Assembly: GCA_963815285.1 (NCBI GenBank)
Contig: CAWFGB010000004.1
Span: 521,440 to 585,439 of the forward strand
Source of the DNA: an uncultured Acidobacteriota bacterium
GTDB lineage: Bacteria; Acidobacteriota; Vicinamibacteria; Vicinamibacterales; UBA2999
Reading direction: 5' to 3'
Length of the DNA: 64,000 nt
Part shown: positions 1 to 8,234 of the stretch, one piece after another
How positions within the stretch are numbered: the stretch's first letter is position 1
Layout of the letters: each line of letters opens with the position of its first letter
Program-made: the position numbers and the translations under genes
Notes under the pieces: model-generated
The model's database searches: none
Told to the model about the DNA's origin: nothing
What the model saw: only the letters and a program-made list of their open reading frames with translations

Positions 1-127
1 ACTGCGAGACCCACCCGAGGCGTACATGCTCGACGCGCCACAGCGCGCTCGACTCTTCGCGAACCACCCCAACGATACTCGCCTCGCACGACGCTAGGCC
101 AGGCTACAATTCGGGCCGCGGCCCTGC

Positions 128-757
128 ATGGTGAGCTACCGGTTTGGCCCGTACGTGCTGTGGCCCGACCAGCGACGCCTCGAACGCGACGGCGCGCCGG
201 TCCCCTTGACGCCCAAGGCGTTCGACCTGTTAGTCACGCTGGTCCGGCACCATTCGCGAGCCCTCTCGAAGGACGAGATCCTGACCCTCGTCTGGCCGGG
301 AACACAGGTCGAAGAAGGCAATCTGGCGCAGCAGGTGCTGCTTCTCCGGCGCGCCCTTTCGGATGCAGGTGACTGTGTGGCCACGTTGCCGCGCCACGGG
401 TACCGCTTCGTGGCAGCGGTGGTCGAAGAGGCCGTCGAAGGCGCGCCGATAAGCAGCCCGCACTCCCTGGCTTGGGACGGTCGCGAGTTCCCGCTGCGCG
501 AGGGCGTGACGGTAATCGGGAGGGCCGAGGACGCCGACCTGCGAATCTCTTTGCCCTCTCTGTCGCGGCACCACGCGCGTGTTGTCGTTCGCGGCCTCGA
601 GGCTACTCTCGAAGACCTCGGCAGCCGTCACGGCTCGTGGCGCGGGACCACTCCCGTGCAGGGCGTTGTCCGGCTCGCGAGCGGCGACGAGATCAGGCTG
701 GGCACCACGACGCTCGTCTATTGCCTCGCCATGCCAGACGACACCACGCGAAACTGA
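128..757 (+). CDS. Winged-helix (OmpR/CadC-type) DNA-binding domain fused to a C-terminal FHA domain; putative phosphothreonine-responsive transcriptional regulator
   Basis: N-terminus YRFGPYVL..LTPKAFDLL..LVWPG..LPRHGYRF fits trans_reg_C wHTH. C-terminus VTVIGR..LSRHHARVVV..LEDLGSRHG..EIRLG fits FHA. ATG start, 209 aa. Confidence 0.8.
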   Translation: MVSYRFGPYVLWPDQRRLERDGAPVPLTPKAFDLLVTLVRHHSRALSKDEILTLVWPGTQVEEGNLAQQVLLLRRALSDAGDCVATLPRHGYRFVAAVVEEAVEGAPISSPHSLAWDGREFPLREGVTVIGRAEDADLRISLPSLSRHHARVVVRGLEATLEDLGSRHGSWRGTTPVQGVVRLASGDEIRLGTTTLVYCLAMPDDTTRN

Positions 758-777
758 TCCCGGAGCTGATCCCGGGG
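754..777 (+). repeat. Tandem 12-nt duplication (CTGATCCCGGAG / CTGATCCCGGGG) starting at the stop codon of the wHTH-FHA gene
   Basis: Read directly from the sequence. 11 of 12 nt are identical. The duplication gives a second in-frame TGA at 767-769. Confidence 0.9.
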
Positions 778-889
778 CGACGACGCCTGCCACACCTCTT
801 TGAGCCGGCCGGACGCGTACCTGTGCAGCAGACTTGAAATGAGCGTCTGCAGGACTCAGCGCGAATCGTTCCGCCCGGAGCGCCGCAAG

Positions 890-962
890 GACGCTAAGCC
901 GTATCGGGCCTTTCTGGAAGTTCACCTAACGCCTGTTCTAAGCCCCTCCCCTCACGACAGAT
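890..962 (+). repeat. 73-nt intergenic repeat, copy A (partner at 4252-4323); begins with the 21-nt core GACG.TA.GCCGTAT.GGG.C
   Basis: Hand alignment to 4252-4323 gives about 62 identical positions of 73, with one 1-nt indel. It is preceded by a relic of a wHTH-FHA 3' end (SVCRTQRESFRPERRKDAKPY from ATG 839). Confidence 0.8.
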
Positions 963-1031
963 ACTAGAATCGGTCATGCTCTACCGTGCCGCCGTCGCGG
1001 CCGTGTTCGCCGCGGCTTTGCCGTCAGACCG

Positions 1032-2141
1032 ATGCAAAAGAAAACACCCGTGCATTCTGGTCCTGCTCCAGTGGGACCGTACAGCCCCGCGATCAGAGCG
1101 GGGAGCCTGATTTACGTTTCCGGCACGCTCGCTCAAGACGACAAGGGCGCGCTCGTCGCTCCCGGTGATGTTGCCGCCCAGACGAAGCGAGTCATCGAAC
1201 GGATGCGCGAGATCCTCGTGGCGTCAGGATCCTCGCCCGAGCAGGTGGTGGCGGCGACCGTCTACCTGAAATCCGCGAATGATTTCCAGGTGATGAACGA
1301 GGCGTACCGCGCGTACTGGCCGAAAGATCCACCGACGCGTACCACTGTGATCACGGACCTGCTGCTTGGCGCCCACGTGGAAATCTCGATGATCGCCGTG
1401 CCAAACGGCGCCGATCGCACGATCATCCACCCGGACGACTGGATGAAGTCGCCAAATCCCTACAGCTACGCGATCCGGACCGGCGACACCCTGTTTCTGT
1501 CGGGCCTCGTGCCGCGTAACGGCCGTGACAATTCCACGGTAACCGGCGACATTCGCGTGCAGACGAAAGCGGTGATGGACAACGCGGGCCGGCTGCTGAA
1601 GGCGGCCGGACTCGACTTCTCCAACGTCGTCAGCGCCCGCGTGTATCTGCCGGACGCGTCGGTGTTTCAACAGATGAACGAGACGTATCGCGGGTATTTC
1701 ACTTCCGCACCACCGCCGGCGCGCGCCACAGTCAAAGCCGGGCTCGCGGGTCCTCAATATGCGGTCGAGATGACGTTCGTCGCTTCGTCTTCACCGCGCG
1801 AGACGTTTGCTCCGGGTCAGAACCTGAGCGCGGCGATCAAGGCTGGCGATCGTCTGTACTTGTCCGGCGTTCTGGGGAACATGGCCGGGAATGCCGGGGA
1901 CGCGGCGGCACAAACGCGCGAGATCATGGCGCGGATCCAGCAGACGCTCGACAGCGCCGGCTACACTCCTGCGGATGTCGTCGACGGATTGGTGTACTTA
2001 ACCGACCTGTCGCTCTTCCCGCAGATGAACGATGAGTACCGCGCGTTCTTCGAAAAGGATTTCCCGGCTCGCGCGACGGTCGGCACGGGCCTCGTCGCAC
2101 CCGGCGCTGTCGTCGAAATCATGATGACGGCGGTCAAGTGA
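1032..2141 (+). CDS. Three tandem RidA/YjgF/L-PSP domains in a single polypeptide (enamine/imine deaminase family)
   Basis: 369 aa divides into three modules of about 120 aa. Each has the family pattern G(S/D)L.Y(V/L)SG...(D/G)...QT..(V/I)......L...G and the PxRxTV arginine motif (PTRTTV, PARATV, PARATV). Confidence 0.85.
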   Translation: MQKKTPVHSGPAPVGPYSPAIRAGSLIYVSGTLAQDDKGALVAPGDVAAQTKRVIERMREILVASGSSPEQVVAATVYLKSANDFQVMNEAYRAYWPKDPPTRTTVITDLLLGAHVEISMIAVPNGADRTIIHPDDWMKSPNPYSYAIRTGDTLFLSGLVPRNGRDNSTVTGDIRVQTKAVMDNAGRLLKAAGLDFSNVVSARVYLPDASVFQQMNETYRGYFTSAPPPARATVKAGLAGPQYAVEMTFVASSSPRETFAPGQNLSAAIKAGDRLYLSGVLGNMAGNAGDAAAQTREIMARIQQTLDSAGYTPADVVDGLVYLTDLSLFPQMNDEYRAFFEKDFPARATVGTGLVAPGAVVEIMMTAVK

Positions 2142-2213
2142 CAAAAAGCGTGCCAACTGCCAACTTCCCAGAACACCAAACTCCAAGCGAGTCCAAATCG
2201 AAAGGAAACCATC

Positions 2214-3203
2214 GTGACGACCACCTCCGAAGGCGCAGGGTTCGTGCCTCTCACGCGCGAGGATTTCGAGGCGGCGTACGCGAAGGTGTCGCCGCACATC
2301 TATCACACTCCACTCCTCTCGTCGCGGCTGTTGAGCGAGGCGACCGGCTTCGAGGCCAGGCTCAAGGCGGAGATGTTCCAGCGTACGGGCTCCTACAAGA
2401 TCCGCGGGCCGCTGAACAAATTCACGTACTTGACCGAAGAGGAGCGCAGGCGTGGCGTCGTCTGCTCGTCCGCGGGCAATCATGCGCAGGGAGTCGCGCT
2501 TGCGGCGAAGATTCACGGCATCAAAGCTGTGGTGTGCATGGCCGAGAACGCGACGCCGTCCAAGATCGCGGCGACGCGCGCGTATGGCGCGGAAGTCGTC
2601 CTGCACGGCACGATCTGGGACGAGGCCAACGAGAAAGCGAAGGAGCTGGTGCGCGAGCGCGGCCTGATTTATGTGCACCCGTTCGACGACATGCAGCTGA
2701 TCGCCGGCCAGGGCACGATGGGGCTGGAGATCATCCGCGACTGGCCCGACGTCGATGTCATCGTCGTGCCGATCGGCGGCGGCGGGCTCATCTCAGGTAT
2801 CGCGCAGGCGGTGAAGGCGGTCAAGCCGTCCGTGAGGGTGATTGGCGTGGAATCGTCGGGCGCGCCCGGGATGCGCGACAGCGTCCGCGCCGGCCACGTC
2901 GTCACGCTCGACACGGTGGACTGCATCATCGACGGCCTGCGCGTGAAGCGGGTCGGCAGCACGACGTTCGAGGTCGTGCGCCGGTTCGTGGACGAGATAG
3001 TGACCCTGCCCGACGAGCAGATCTTCGAGGCGATGATCTGGATCATGGGCCACGCGAAGCTGGTTGTCGAAGGCGCCGCCGCGTCCACGGTGGCCGCGCT
3101 GCTGCAGGGGCTGGTCAAGGCGCCCGGCGGATCGAAGGTCGCCTGCGTCCTGAGCGGCGGCAACGTCAACCTCGATCAGCTCAAAGGCCTCAGGTGGAAT
3201 TAG
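2214..3203 (+). CDS. PLP-dependent threonine/serine dehydratase (short form without a C-terminal ACT regulatory domain)
   Basis: GSYKIRGPLNK (PLP lysine motif), SAGNHAQGVALAA, GGGGLISG glycine loop. 329 aa, GTG start behind AAAGGAAAC. Confidence 0.85.
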   Translation: MTTTSEGAGFVPLTREDFEAAYAKVSPHIYHTPLLSSRLLSEATGFEARLKAEMFQRTGSYKIRGPLNKFTYLTEEERRRGVVCSSAGNHAQGVALAAKIHGIKAVVCMAENATPSKIAATRAYGAEVVLHGTIWDEANEKAKELVRERGLIYVHPFDDMQLIAGQGTMGLEIIRDWPDVDVIVVPIGGGGLISGIAQAVKAVKPSVRVIGVESSGAPGMRDSVRAGHVVTLDTVDCIIDGLRVKRVGSTTFEVVRRFVDEIVTLPDEQIFEAMIWIMGHAKLVVEGAAASTVAALLQGLVKAPGGSKVACVLSGGNVNLDQLKGLRWN

Positions 3204-3340
3204 CCCGGACAGAGGTCTCCGAGGTAGCCGCCGCCGCTGCAGTACTTCACGTCCTGCAACTGGATCGGCAAGCCGTCCGGATCCGTAGAATACAACTCAG
3301 GCGTCCCCTCATTCGCTCCACCCCCATTTTCCATTCGCAT
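3200..3340 (-). pseudogene. Orphan 3' fragment resembling the C-terminus of a VOC/glyoxalase-type protein
   Basis: Tail TPELYSTDPDGLPIQLQDVKYCSGGGYLGDLCPG resembles the ..DPDG..I(E/Q)L.. end of VOC proteins. The upstream part of this frame only overlaps greB, so no full gene is present. Confidence 0.35.
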
Positions 3341-3402
3341 CGTCACGGCTCGTTGCGATAGCGGGCTGAACAGCCTCTCCGTCGCCGATCGCGGAGTATT
3401 GG

Positions 3403-3891
3403 CTAGCACAGGTCGTCGTAGCGCACGGCAATGATCTCCAGGCGCTCGGGTCCGCGCGGCGCGCGAACCGTCACCGTGTCTCCGACCTTGGCCGTCAGCA
3501 GTGCCCTCGCCAAGGGGGAGCGCCAGGACACGCGGGCGTCGCCGGTATCGAGCTCGTCGACTCCCACGATGGTGACCTCGCGCTCGTCGCCGGCGTCGTT
3601 GACGATCGTGACGGTCGCGCCGAAATGCACCCGCTCGTGCGTCCTGCCCGCGTTGTCCACCACCACGGCCCGGTCGAGGCTCTTCGACAGGTAGCGGATG
3701 CGCCGGTCGATCTCGCGCAGCTTCTTTTTGCCGAAGATGTAGTCGCCGTTCTCCGAGCGATCGCCGTTGCCTGCGGCCCACGCCACGGTCGTCACGACCG
3801 GCGGCCGCTCCACCTTCCACAGGCGTGCGAGCTCCTCCTGCAGTCGCCGGTACCCAGCAGGGGTGATGTAGTTCTTCGCCTCGTCAGCCAT
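3403..3891 (-). CDS. greB: Transcript cleavage factor GreB
   Basis: Close match along its length to E. coli GreB (WAA..GDRSEN.DY...K..LREIDRR.RYL.K; RVSWRSPLARALL). Start taken at MADEAK; the ORF-track start at 3948 is an upstream GTG. Confidence 0.85.
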   Translation of the reverse strand: MADEAKNYITPAGYRRLQEELARLWKVERPPVVTTVAWAAGNGDRSENGDYIFGKKKLREIDRRIRYLSKSLDRAVVVDNAGRTHERVHFGATVTIVNDAGDEREVTIVGVDELDTGDARVSWRSPLARALLTAKVGDTVTVRAPRGPERLEIIAVRYDDLC

Positions 3892-3944
3892 GACGCGTCG
3901 ATCCTGAGTCTCTATGCGTGTGGCACGTGGTCCCGACCATGTGA

Positions 3945-4144
3945 TCACAGCCTAGCCTGATCGATCACGCGCACATGGCGGTTTTCGAGCAGAACCTTGA
4001 ACCGATCCGGAGATGCCAGGCCGCATCGATCTGTGTCACGCCGCCTGCGGGCGCCTGAGCGGCAGCTGACACCGAGAGCGGGGCAAAAAGGAAGATAGCA
4101 GTTCGGCAAGTGATGGTCAGCACGTTGGTGATCTCGGGTTCCAT
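3945..4144 (-). pseudogene. 5' fragment of a secreted cupin-like gene (signal peptide plus first strand), frame-broken and truncated
   Basis: TAIFLFAPLSVSAAAQAPAGG (signal-like) in one frame continues as SPDRFKVLLENRHVRVIDQARL-stop in another. The ..FKV..EN.RVRV.. motif is typical of small cupin N-termini. It ends abruptly beside greB. Confidence 0.3.
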
Positions 4145-4251
4145 GAGTTCGGTTGAAACGGAAGCCCGCATCGTAGCTCATCCAGGAAGCCGGTCGTGCT
4201 AGTGTCTCCACGCAAGTTCGAGCGGCGCATCCCACAGGGGAGGCAGCATCA

Positions 4252-4323
4252 GACGATATGCCGTATTGGGGCTTTCTTGAAGTTCACATAACACCGTTCT
4301 ACCCCCCTCCCCTCACGGCAGAT
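4252..4323 (+). repeat. 73-nt intergenic repeat, copy B (partner at 890-962)
   Basis: See copy A. It is preceded (about 4177-4262) by a relic LIQEAGRASVSTQVRAAHPTGEAASDDMPY, which is homologous to the C-terminal tail of the wHTH-FHA gene at 41844. Confidence 0.8.
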
Positions 4324-4460
4324 GGGGGAGAGAAACGACCGGACGCGGACCGGCTCGTCCCGGCTATCTCCAGCATCCGGATTCGAACGTAACCAGGCGA
4401 GACGCCGGCGCCGCTGAGAGCGGATAAAGTAGTCTCCCACGATCGCGGAGGAGGACCAAC

Positions 4461-5538
4461 GTGACCCGACGATTCCTGCTCGCTCTTGTTTTCGTCGCGC
4501 AGCTGACGTCGCTCCACGCGCAACCGGCGACATCGGCGGCGGTCCAGGCCGACGCTGTGGACCGCTTTATCGCCGCCGAGATGGCGCGGAGGCATATCCC
4601 AGGGGTCTCACTCGCCGTCGTCCGCGATGGAAAGGAGATCAAGACGCAGGGCTATGGCATGGCCGACCTGGAGCACGGTATTCCGGTCACGCCAGAGACC
4701 GTCTTCAAGATCGGCTCGGTGAGCAAACAGTTCCTTGCCACCGGCGTCATGCTCCTGGCCCAGGATGGGCAGCTGGCGGTCGACGATCCCATCGCGAAAC
4801 ACCTCGACGGCGTACCAGAGTCGTGGGGTCAGATCACCTTGCGGCATTTCCTGACGCACACATCCGGTGTCGTGCGTGAAGGGCCTGCCTTCGACCCGCT
4901 GAAAATGCAAACCGACATGGTCGTGATTCGCTCGGCGTTCGCACTGCCACTCGAGTTCCCCACGGGGTCGAAGTACCAGGTACTGCAACGTGTGCTACTT
5001 CGCGCTGGCCGAAGTGATTGCGCGAGTGTCGGGCAAGCCGTGGGAGGTGTTTTTGAGCGAGCGCGTGTTTGGTCCTGCGGGGATGTCGGCCACTCGCACG
5101 ACGACTACAACAGCGCTCGTGCCCGGGCGCGCGCGTGGGTACACGTGGCAGAACGAGCGATACCAGAATGCCGCGGAGTTGCTTGCCGTGCGACCCAGTG
5201 GGGCCTTCCTGTCGACGGTGCGCGACCTGGCCCGATGGGATGCCGCGCTTTATCAGGATCGCGTACTGACGCAGGCGAGCCGCGAAGAGATGTGGAAGCC
5301 GACACATCTGGTCGGCGGTGCCGTGTCCGGTTACGGCTTCGGGTGGCAGCTGGATTCCGTCGGCGGACATCGGAGGGTGCACCATGGCGGGTCGCTTCCG
5401 GGCTTCCGAGCCGAGATGGCGCGCTTCCCCGACGACCGCCTGACGGTGATCGTGCTGACCAACGCCGATGGCGCGGTACCCCAGGAGATTGCAGCCGGCG
5501 TGGCGCGGCTGTACTTGCAAGGTGGGTCTGGAAAATAG
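4461..5538 (+). pseudogene. Secreted serine hydrolase of the class C beta-lactamase / DD-peptidase family, split by a 1-nt frame change near 4977-4981
   Basis: Signal peptide and the SxxK motif (GSVSKQF) lie in the 4461 frame. The YxN motif (YCN) and the rest (..HGGSLPGF..VLTNA) lie in the 4990 frame. The junction reads AAG TAC CAG g TAC TGC AAC. Confidence 0.75.
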
Positions 5539-5691
5539 CAATCGCGGACGCGACTACACGATCGGGCGAACAGCGCTATCGCCGTCGTGTCAGCGCATCC
5601 TGCATCTTAAGCAGACGACCGCCGACTTCAATTCACCGGCTAGCGCCCGCAAAACTATCCGGGAACAGTCGGTCAGAGAACGTATGCGCCA

Positions 5692-7404
5692 TCACTCGTT
5701 ATTCGAGGCGTCTTTCGGCCCGAAGCCCGGCAGGAACGCGTAAACGCGCGCCTCACCGAGATGGTCAGTCGTGGTGGTGACCAAGTGGTAGTCCGGATGG
5801 CCGTCGAGCGCTCGGACGATCGGCGCGTACTCGCCGGGACGAAACAGCTCCCGGTGCAGGATCACGCGCTGGATTCCGGTGCGCGCCATCGCACGTGACG
5901 ACCGTTCATCAGGAAAGCCGACGAGCGCCTTCAGCAGATCGATGTAAGCCCGCGTGTAATAGCCGCTGTAGCCGTTCGCCAACGGGTGCCAGTGCCACGT
6001 CTGAGCGTACATGTAGAACGCGTCGTGGAGCGGCAGCGCGGCTGCCGGAGGCACGGGCAGTTCCAGCGTCACCTGGCGCGGCTGCTCGCTGACCCAGGTG
6101 TAAAGAGGCGGCGGCTCACGCGGGATCCATTGAACCGACAGCGGCGCCGTGCTGTACTCCAGGATGAGCAGCGCCGCCGTGGCCAGTATCACGAGGCGGC
6201 CCGAAGACGGTCGCGCGATCCGAGCCAGGCCGATCGCTGTGAGGACGCTCATCCCGAGCAGGACGATCATTGCGAAGCGCGCCGGCGCCCGCACACTGCG
6301 GAACGGTGACAGCCACGCGCGAAGCAGAGGGTAGACGCGTCCCGACGGTCCGAGCGAGGCGTCCCAGGCGACCGCCGTCACGGCGCCGTAGATGAGAGCG
6401 ACAGGCTGGATCGGGGGGATCAGCGCGACAATCGACAACGCGATCGGTGTGATCCCGGGAAACAAGCGCTTCTCGTTATCCCCAAGCGACTCCGTGAGCG
6501 CGCCGTACAGCACATTGTCGGGTGTCGCCGCGAGATAACTCGACACGTCTGCGCTGTAGCGCGCGACTTCGTCGAGGTTTCGCTCGCCGACCAGGTCACG
6601 CGCCTGCGCATATGGGCGATGGTAGGCGGCCGCCGCGACGGCCACGACGACCGCTCCGGCGACCAGACCGCCGAGCGCGCCGCGTCCCAGGCGGCCGCGC
6701 CGCCACATCAGCGTGAGCGGGCAGCTGACGGCCATGGTCACCGCGAGGAACATGCCGTAGTAGATGGACGACAACAACTGCAGCAGGACGAACGCCGCGC
6801 ACAGCAGCCCGTCGCGCGCGCGGCCGCCGTCGAGCGCGCGGTGCCAGGCCCACAAGGCGAGCGGCGTCCAGAGCGCCCATTGCAGCTCGACGTGCTGCAG
6901 GTGATCGCGGCGATACGGGGCAAAGGCGAACACCAGCCCGGCGACGAGCGCTCCTCCCGTATTGCCGGTGAGCCGCCGGGCGAGCACGTACGCGGCCGTC
7001 GCCGACCCGGCCACACCAGCCAGAGTGAGCACGTTGAGGACCGCGAGAGGCGTGAGACCGGTCGCGAGCAGCGGCCAGGCGAACGCTGCTTGCGCCAGCA
7101 TGGCGTCCGAGTACGCCAGCGTCTGCCGCGCCGGCCAGTAGATCTCCCCATCGAAGAGCGGTCCTCCTCTGCTCACGTTGTGGACCACTCGAGCCAGCCG
7201 CCAGGCTGAGAAGGGCGGGTCGAAGTGGGCGACCACACGCGTCGAGAGATCGGGCGCCAGAGGCCATGTGAAGAACACGGTCAGCGCCGAGTAGAACAGG
7301 ACAACCGCCGCACCACGCTTGACGCTCGAGGACCGTGGGTATTCTGCGGCCGCTGTGATGGCGGCGCGATCTTCATTGCGCGTGTCGGACGTGTGAGTGA
7401 CCAT
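5692..7404 (-). CDS. Polytopic membrane protein, possibly a GT-C type glycosyltransferase (PMT_2/ArnT-like)
   Basis: 570 aa with many hydrophobic segments. ATG preceded by GGAGGAG. The family assignment is only by general resemblance. Confidence 0.5.
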   Translation of the reverse strand: MVTHTSDTRNEDRAAITAAAEYPRSSSVKRGAAVVLFYSALTVFFTWPLAPDLSTRVVAHFDPPFSAWRLARVVHNVSRGGPLFDGEIYWPARQTLAYSDAMLAQAAFAWPLLATGLTPLAVLNVLTLAGVAGSATAAYVLARRLTGNTGGALVAGLVFAFAPYRRDHLQHVELQWALWTPLALWAWHRALDGGRARDGLLCAAFVLLQLLSSIYYGMFLAVTMAVSCPLTLMWRRGRLGRGALGGLVAGAVVVAVAAAAYHRPYAQARDLVGERNLDEVARYSADVSSYLAATPDNVLYGALTESLGDNEKRLFPGITPIALSIVALIPPIQPVALIYGAVTAVAWDASLGPSGRVYPLLRAWLSPFRSVRAPARFAMIVLLGMSVLTAIGLARIARPSSGRLVILATAALLILEYSTAPLSVQWIPREPPPLYTWVSEQPRQVTLELPVPPAAALPLHDAFYMYAQTWHWHPLANGYSGYYTRAYIDLLKALVGFPDERSSRAMARTGIQRVILHRELFRPGEYAPIVRALDGHPDYHLVTTTTDHLGEARVYAFLPGFGPKDASNNE

Positions 7405-7540
7405 CTCCTCCGGCGTCGCATTCTATTGTCGTGTCGATGCGTGCGCAAAACGCCGCTGGGATCCCTGAAGAGACACCCTGCAACGCTGGCGTGCCGAAGG
7501 CTGGAATCCGCACTCTAGAGTGGGGCATGGCGTTGCCAGT

Positions 7541-7610
7541 CTTCAGTCGCCAGTCGCCAGTATCCGGGCTGGGCCCTGAAGAATGACGACTGAAGCCTGG
7601 CGACTAACGA
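7541..7610. repeat. Cluster of inverted pentamers (AGTCG x2 then CGACT x3) with two interleaved 9-nt inverted repeats
   Basis: CTTCAGTCG..CGACTGAAG and AGTCGCCAG..CTGGCGACT read directly. They lie between the LysM gene stop and the membrane-protein gene start. Confidence 0.7.
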
Positions 7611-7614
7611 CTAA

Positions 7615-8001
7615 CTACCGCGCGGCCGGCAGCTTCAACACCTGGCCGGGCTTGATCTGGTTGGGATCGGTGAGCTGATCGCGATTGGCCTCGAAAATCG
7701 TCATGTAGGCGTTGGCATCGCCCAGGTGTTCCTTGGCAATCTTGCTCAGGGTGTCGCCGGCTTTGACGGTGTAGGTGGCTGTGGCTGCGGCGGCCGCCCC
7801 AGGCGCGACTTTGATGTCGGCGATAACATCGTTCTTCCAGTCTGGGACCGTCTTGATCGCATCCCAGATCTTGTTGGCCTCGTCCTGACTTTTGACGGTG
7901 CCGCGGAAATGGAGCTTGCCCTCTCGTTCATCCGCCGACCCATCCATTCGGAACCCTTTGGCGGTCTGGATGGCGTGGTTGTACTTGTCTCGTAGAGTCA
8001 T
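7615..8001 (-). CDS. LysM peptidoglycan-binding protein, Kbp/YgaU-like
   Basis: C-terminus YTVKAGDTLSKIAKEHLGDANAYMTIFEANRDQL..IKPGQVLKLP closely parallels the E. coli YgaU LysM domain. AGGTG lies upstream of the ATG. Confidence 0.8.
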   Translation of the reverse strand: MTLRDKYNHAIQTAKGFRMDGSADEREGKLHFRGTVKSQDEANKIWDAIKTVPDWKNDVIADIKVAPGAAAAATATYTVKAGDTLSKIAKEHLGDANAYMTIFEANRDQLTDPNQIKPGQVLKLPAAR

Positions 8002-8234
8002 TGTTCACCTCTCGATGCTCGGCAAGCAATCGACGAAACCATGCGGGACCAGTGTGGCCGCGTGGCGCTTGCGCGCAGGCCCTGTCGCGCCGTCGTGCTT
8101 GCGCGAAGGCGGACAGCCTGTGCAAGCTGACCATGTTACTTCTCCTGCGAGCGGCCGTACCTCTTGGAATCGTCGTCCTCTTTGCCGGCTCTCTCGCTGG
8201 CTCAGCTCCAGCAGGAAACAGTCACCGCCATCCA

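Noticed and set aside
976-1110. A signal-peptide-like ORF (MLYRAAVAAVFAAALPS..) in a different frame just upstream of the triple-RidA start, hinting at yet another frame break and an exported RidA.
   Set aside because: The hydrophobic stretch is short, lacks a clear cleavage site and is Ala-rich, as expected by chance in GC-rich DNA. The RidA ORF has its own ATG.
4270-4290. A sigma-54 promoter (GG-N10-GC) within TGGGGCTTTCTTGAAG of the 73-nt repeat.
   Set aside because: The -12 element would be GA, not GC, and copy A (GGGCCTTTCTGGAAG) also lacks it.
4258-4390. Micro-ORF reading of the 73-nt repeat, because (K/M)PY(R/W)(A/G)FLEVH(L/I)TP is conserved between copies A and B with several third-position differences.
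   Set aside because: A 1-nt indel between the copies breaks the frame midway, and the downstream translations diverge completely. The conserved stretch is better explained as the read-through of a relic gene tail plus a nucleotide-level repeat.
4971-4990. Programmed +1 ribosomal frameshifting at the shared AAG-TAC-C context in the hydrolase (4971) and M14 (24294) genes.
   Set aside because: There is no slippery tRNA re-pairing and no stop or obviously rare codon in the zero frame. Other breaks occur in both directions, and the associated DNA motifs lie on either strand relative to translation. A DNA-level indel is more likely.
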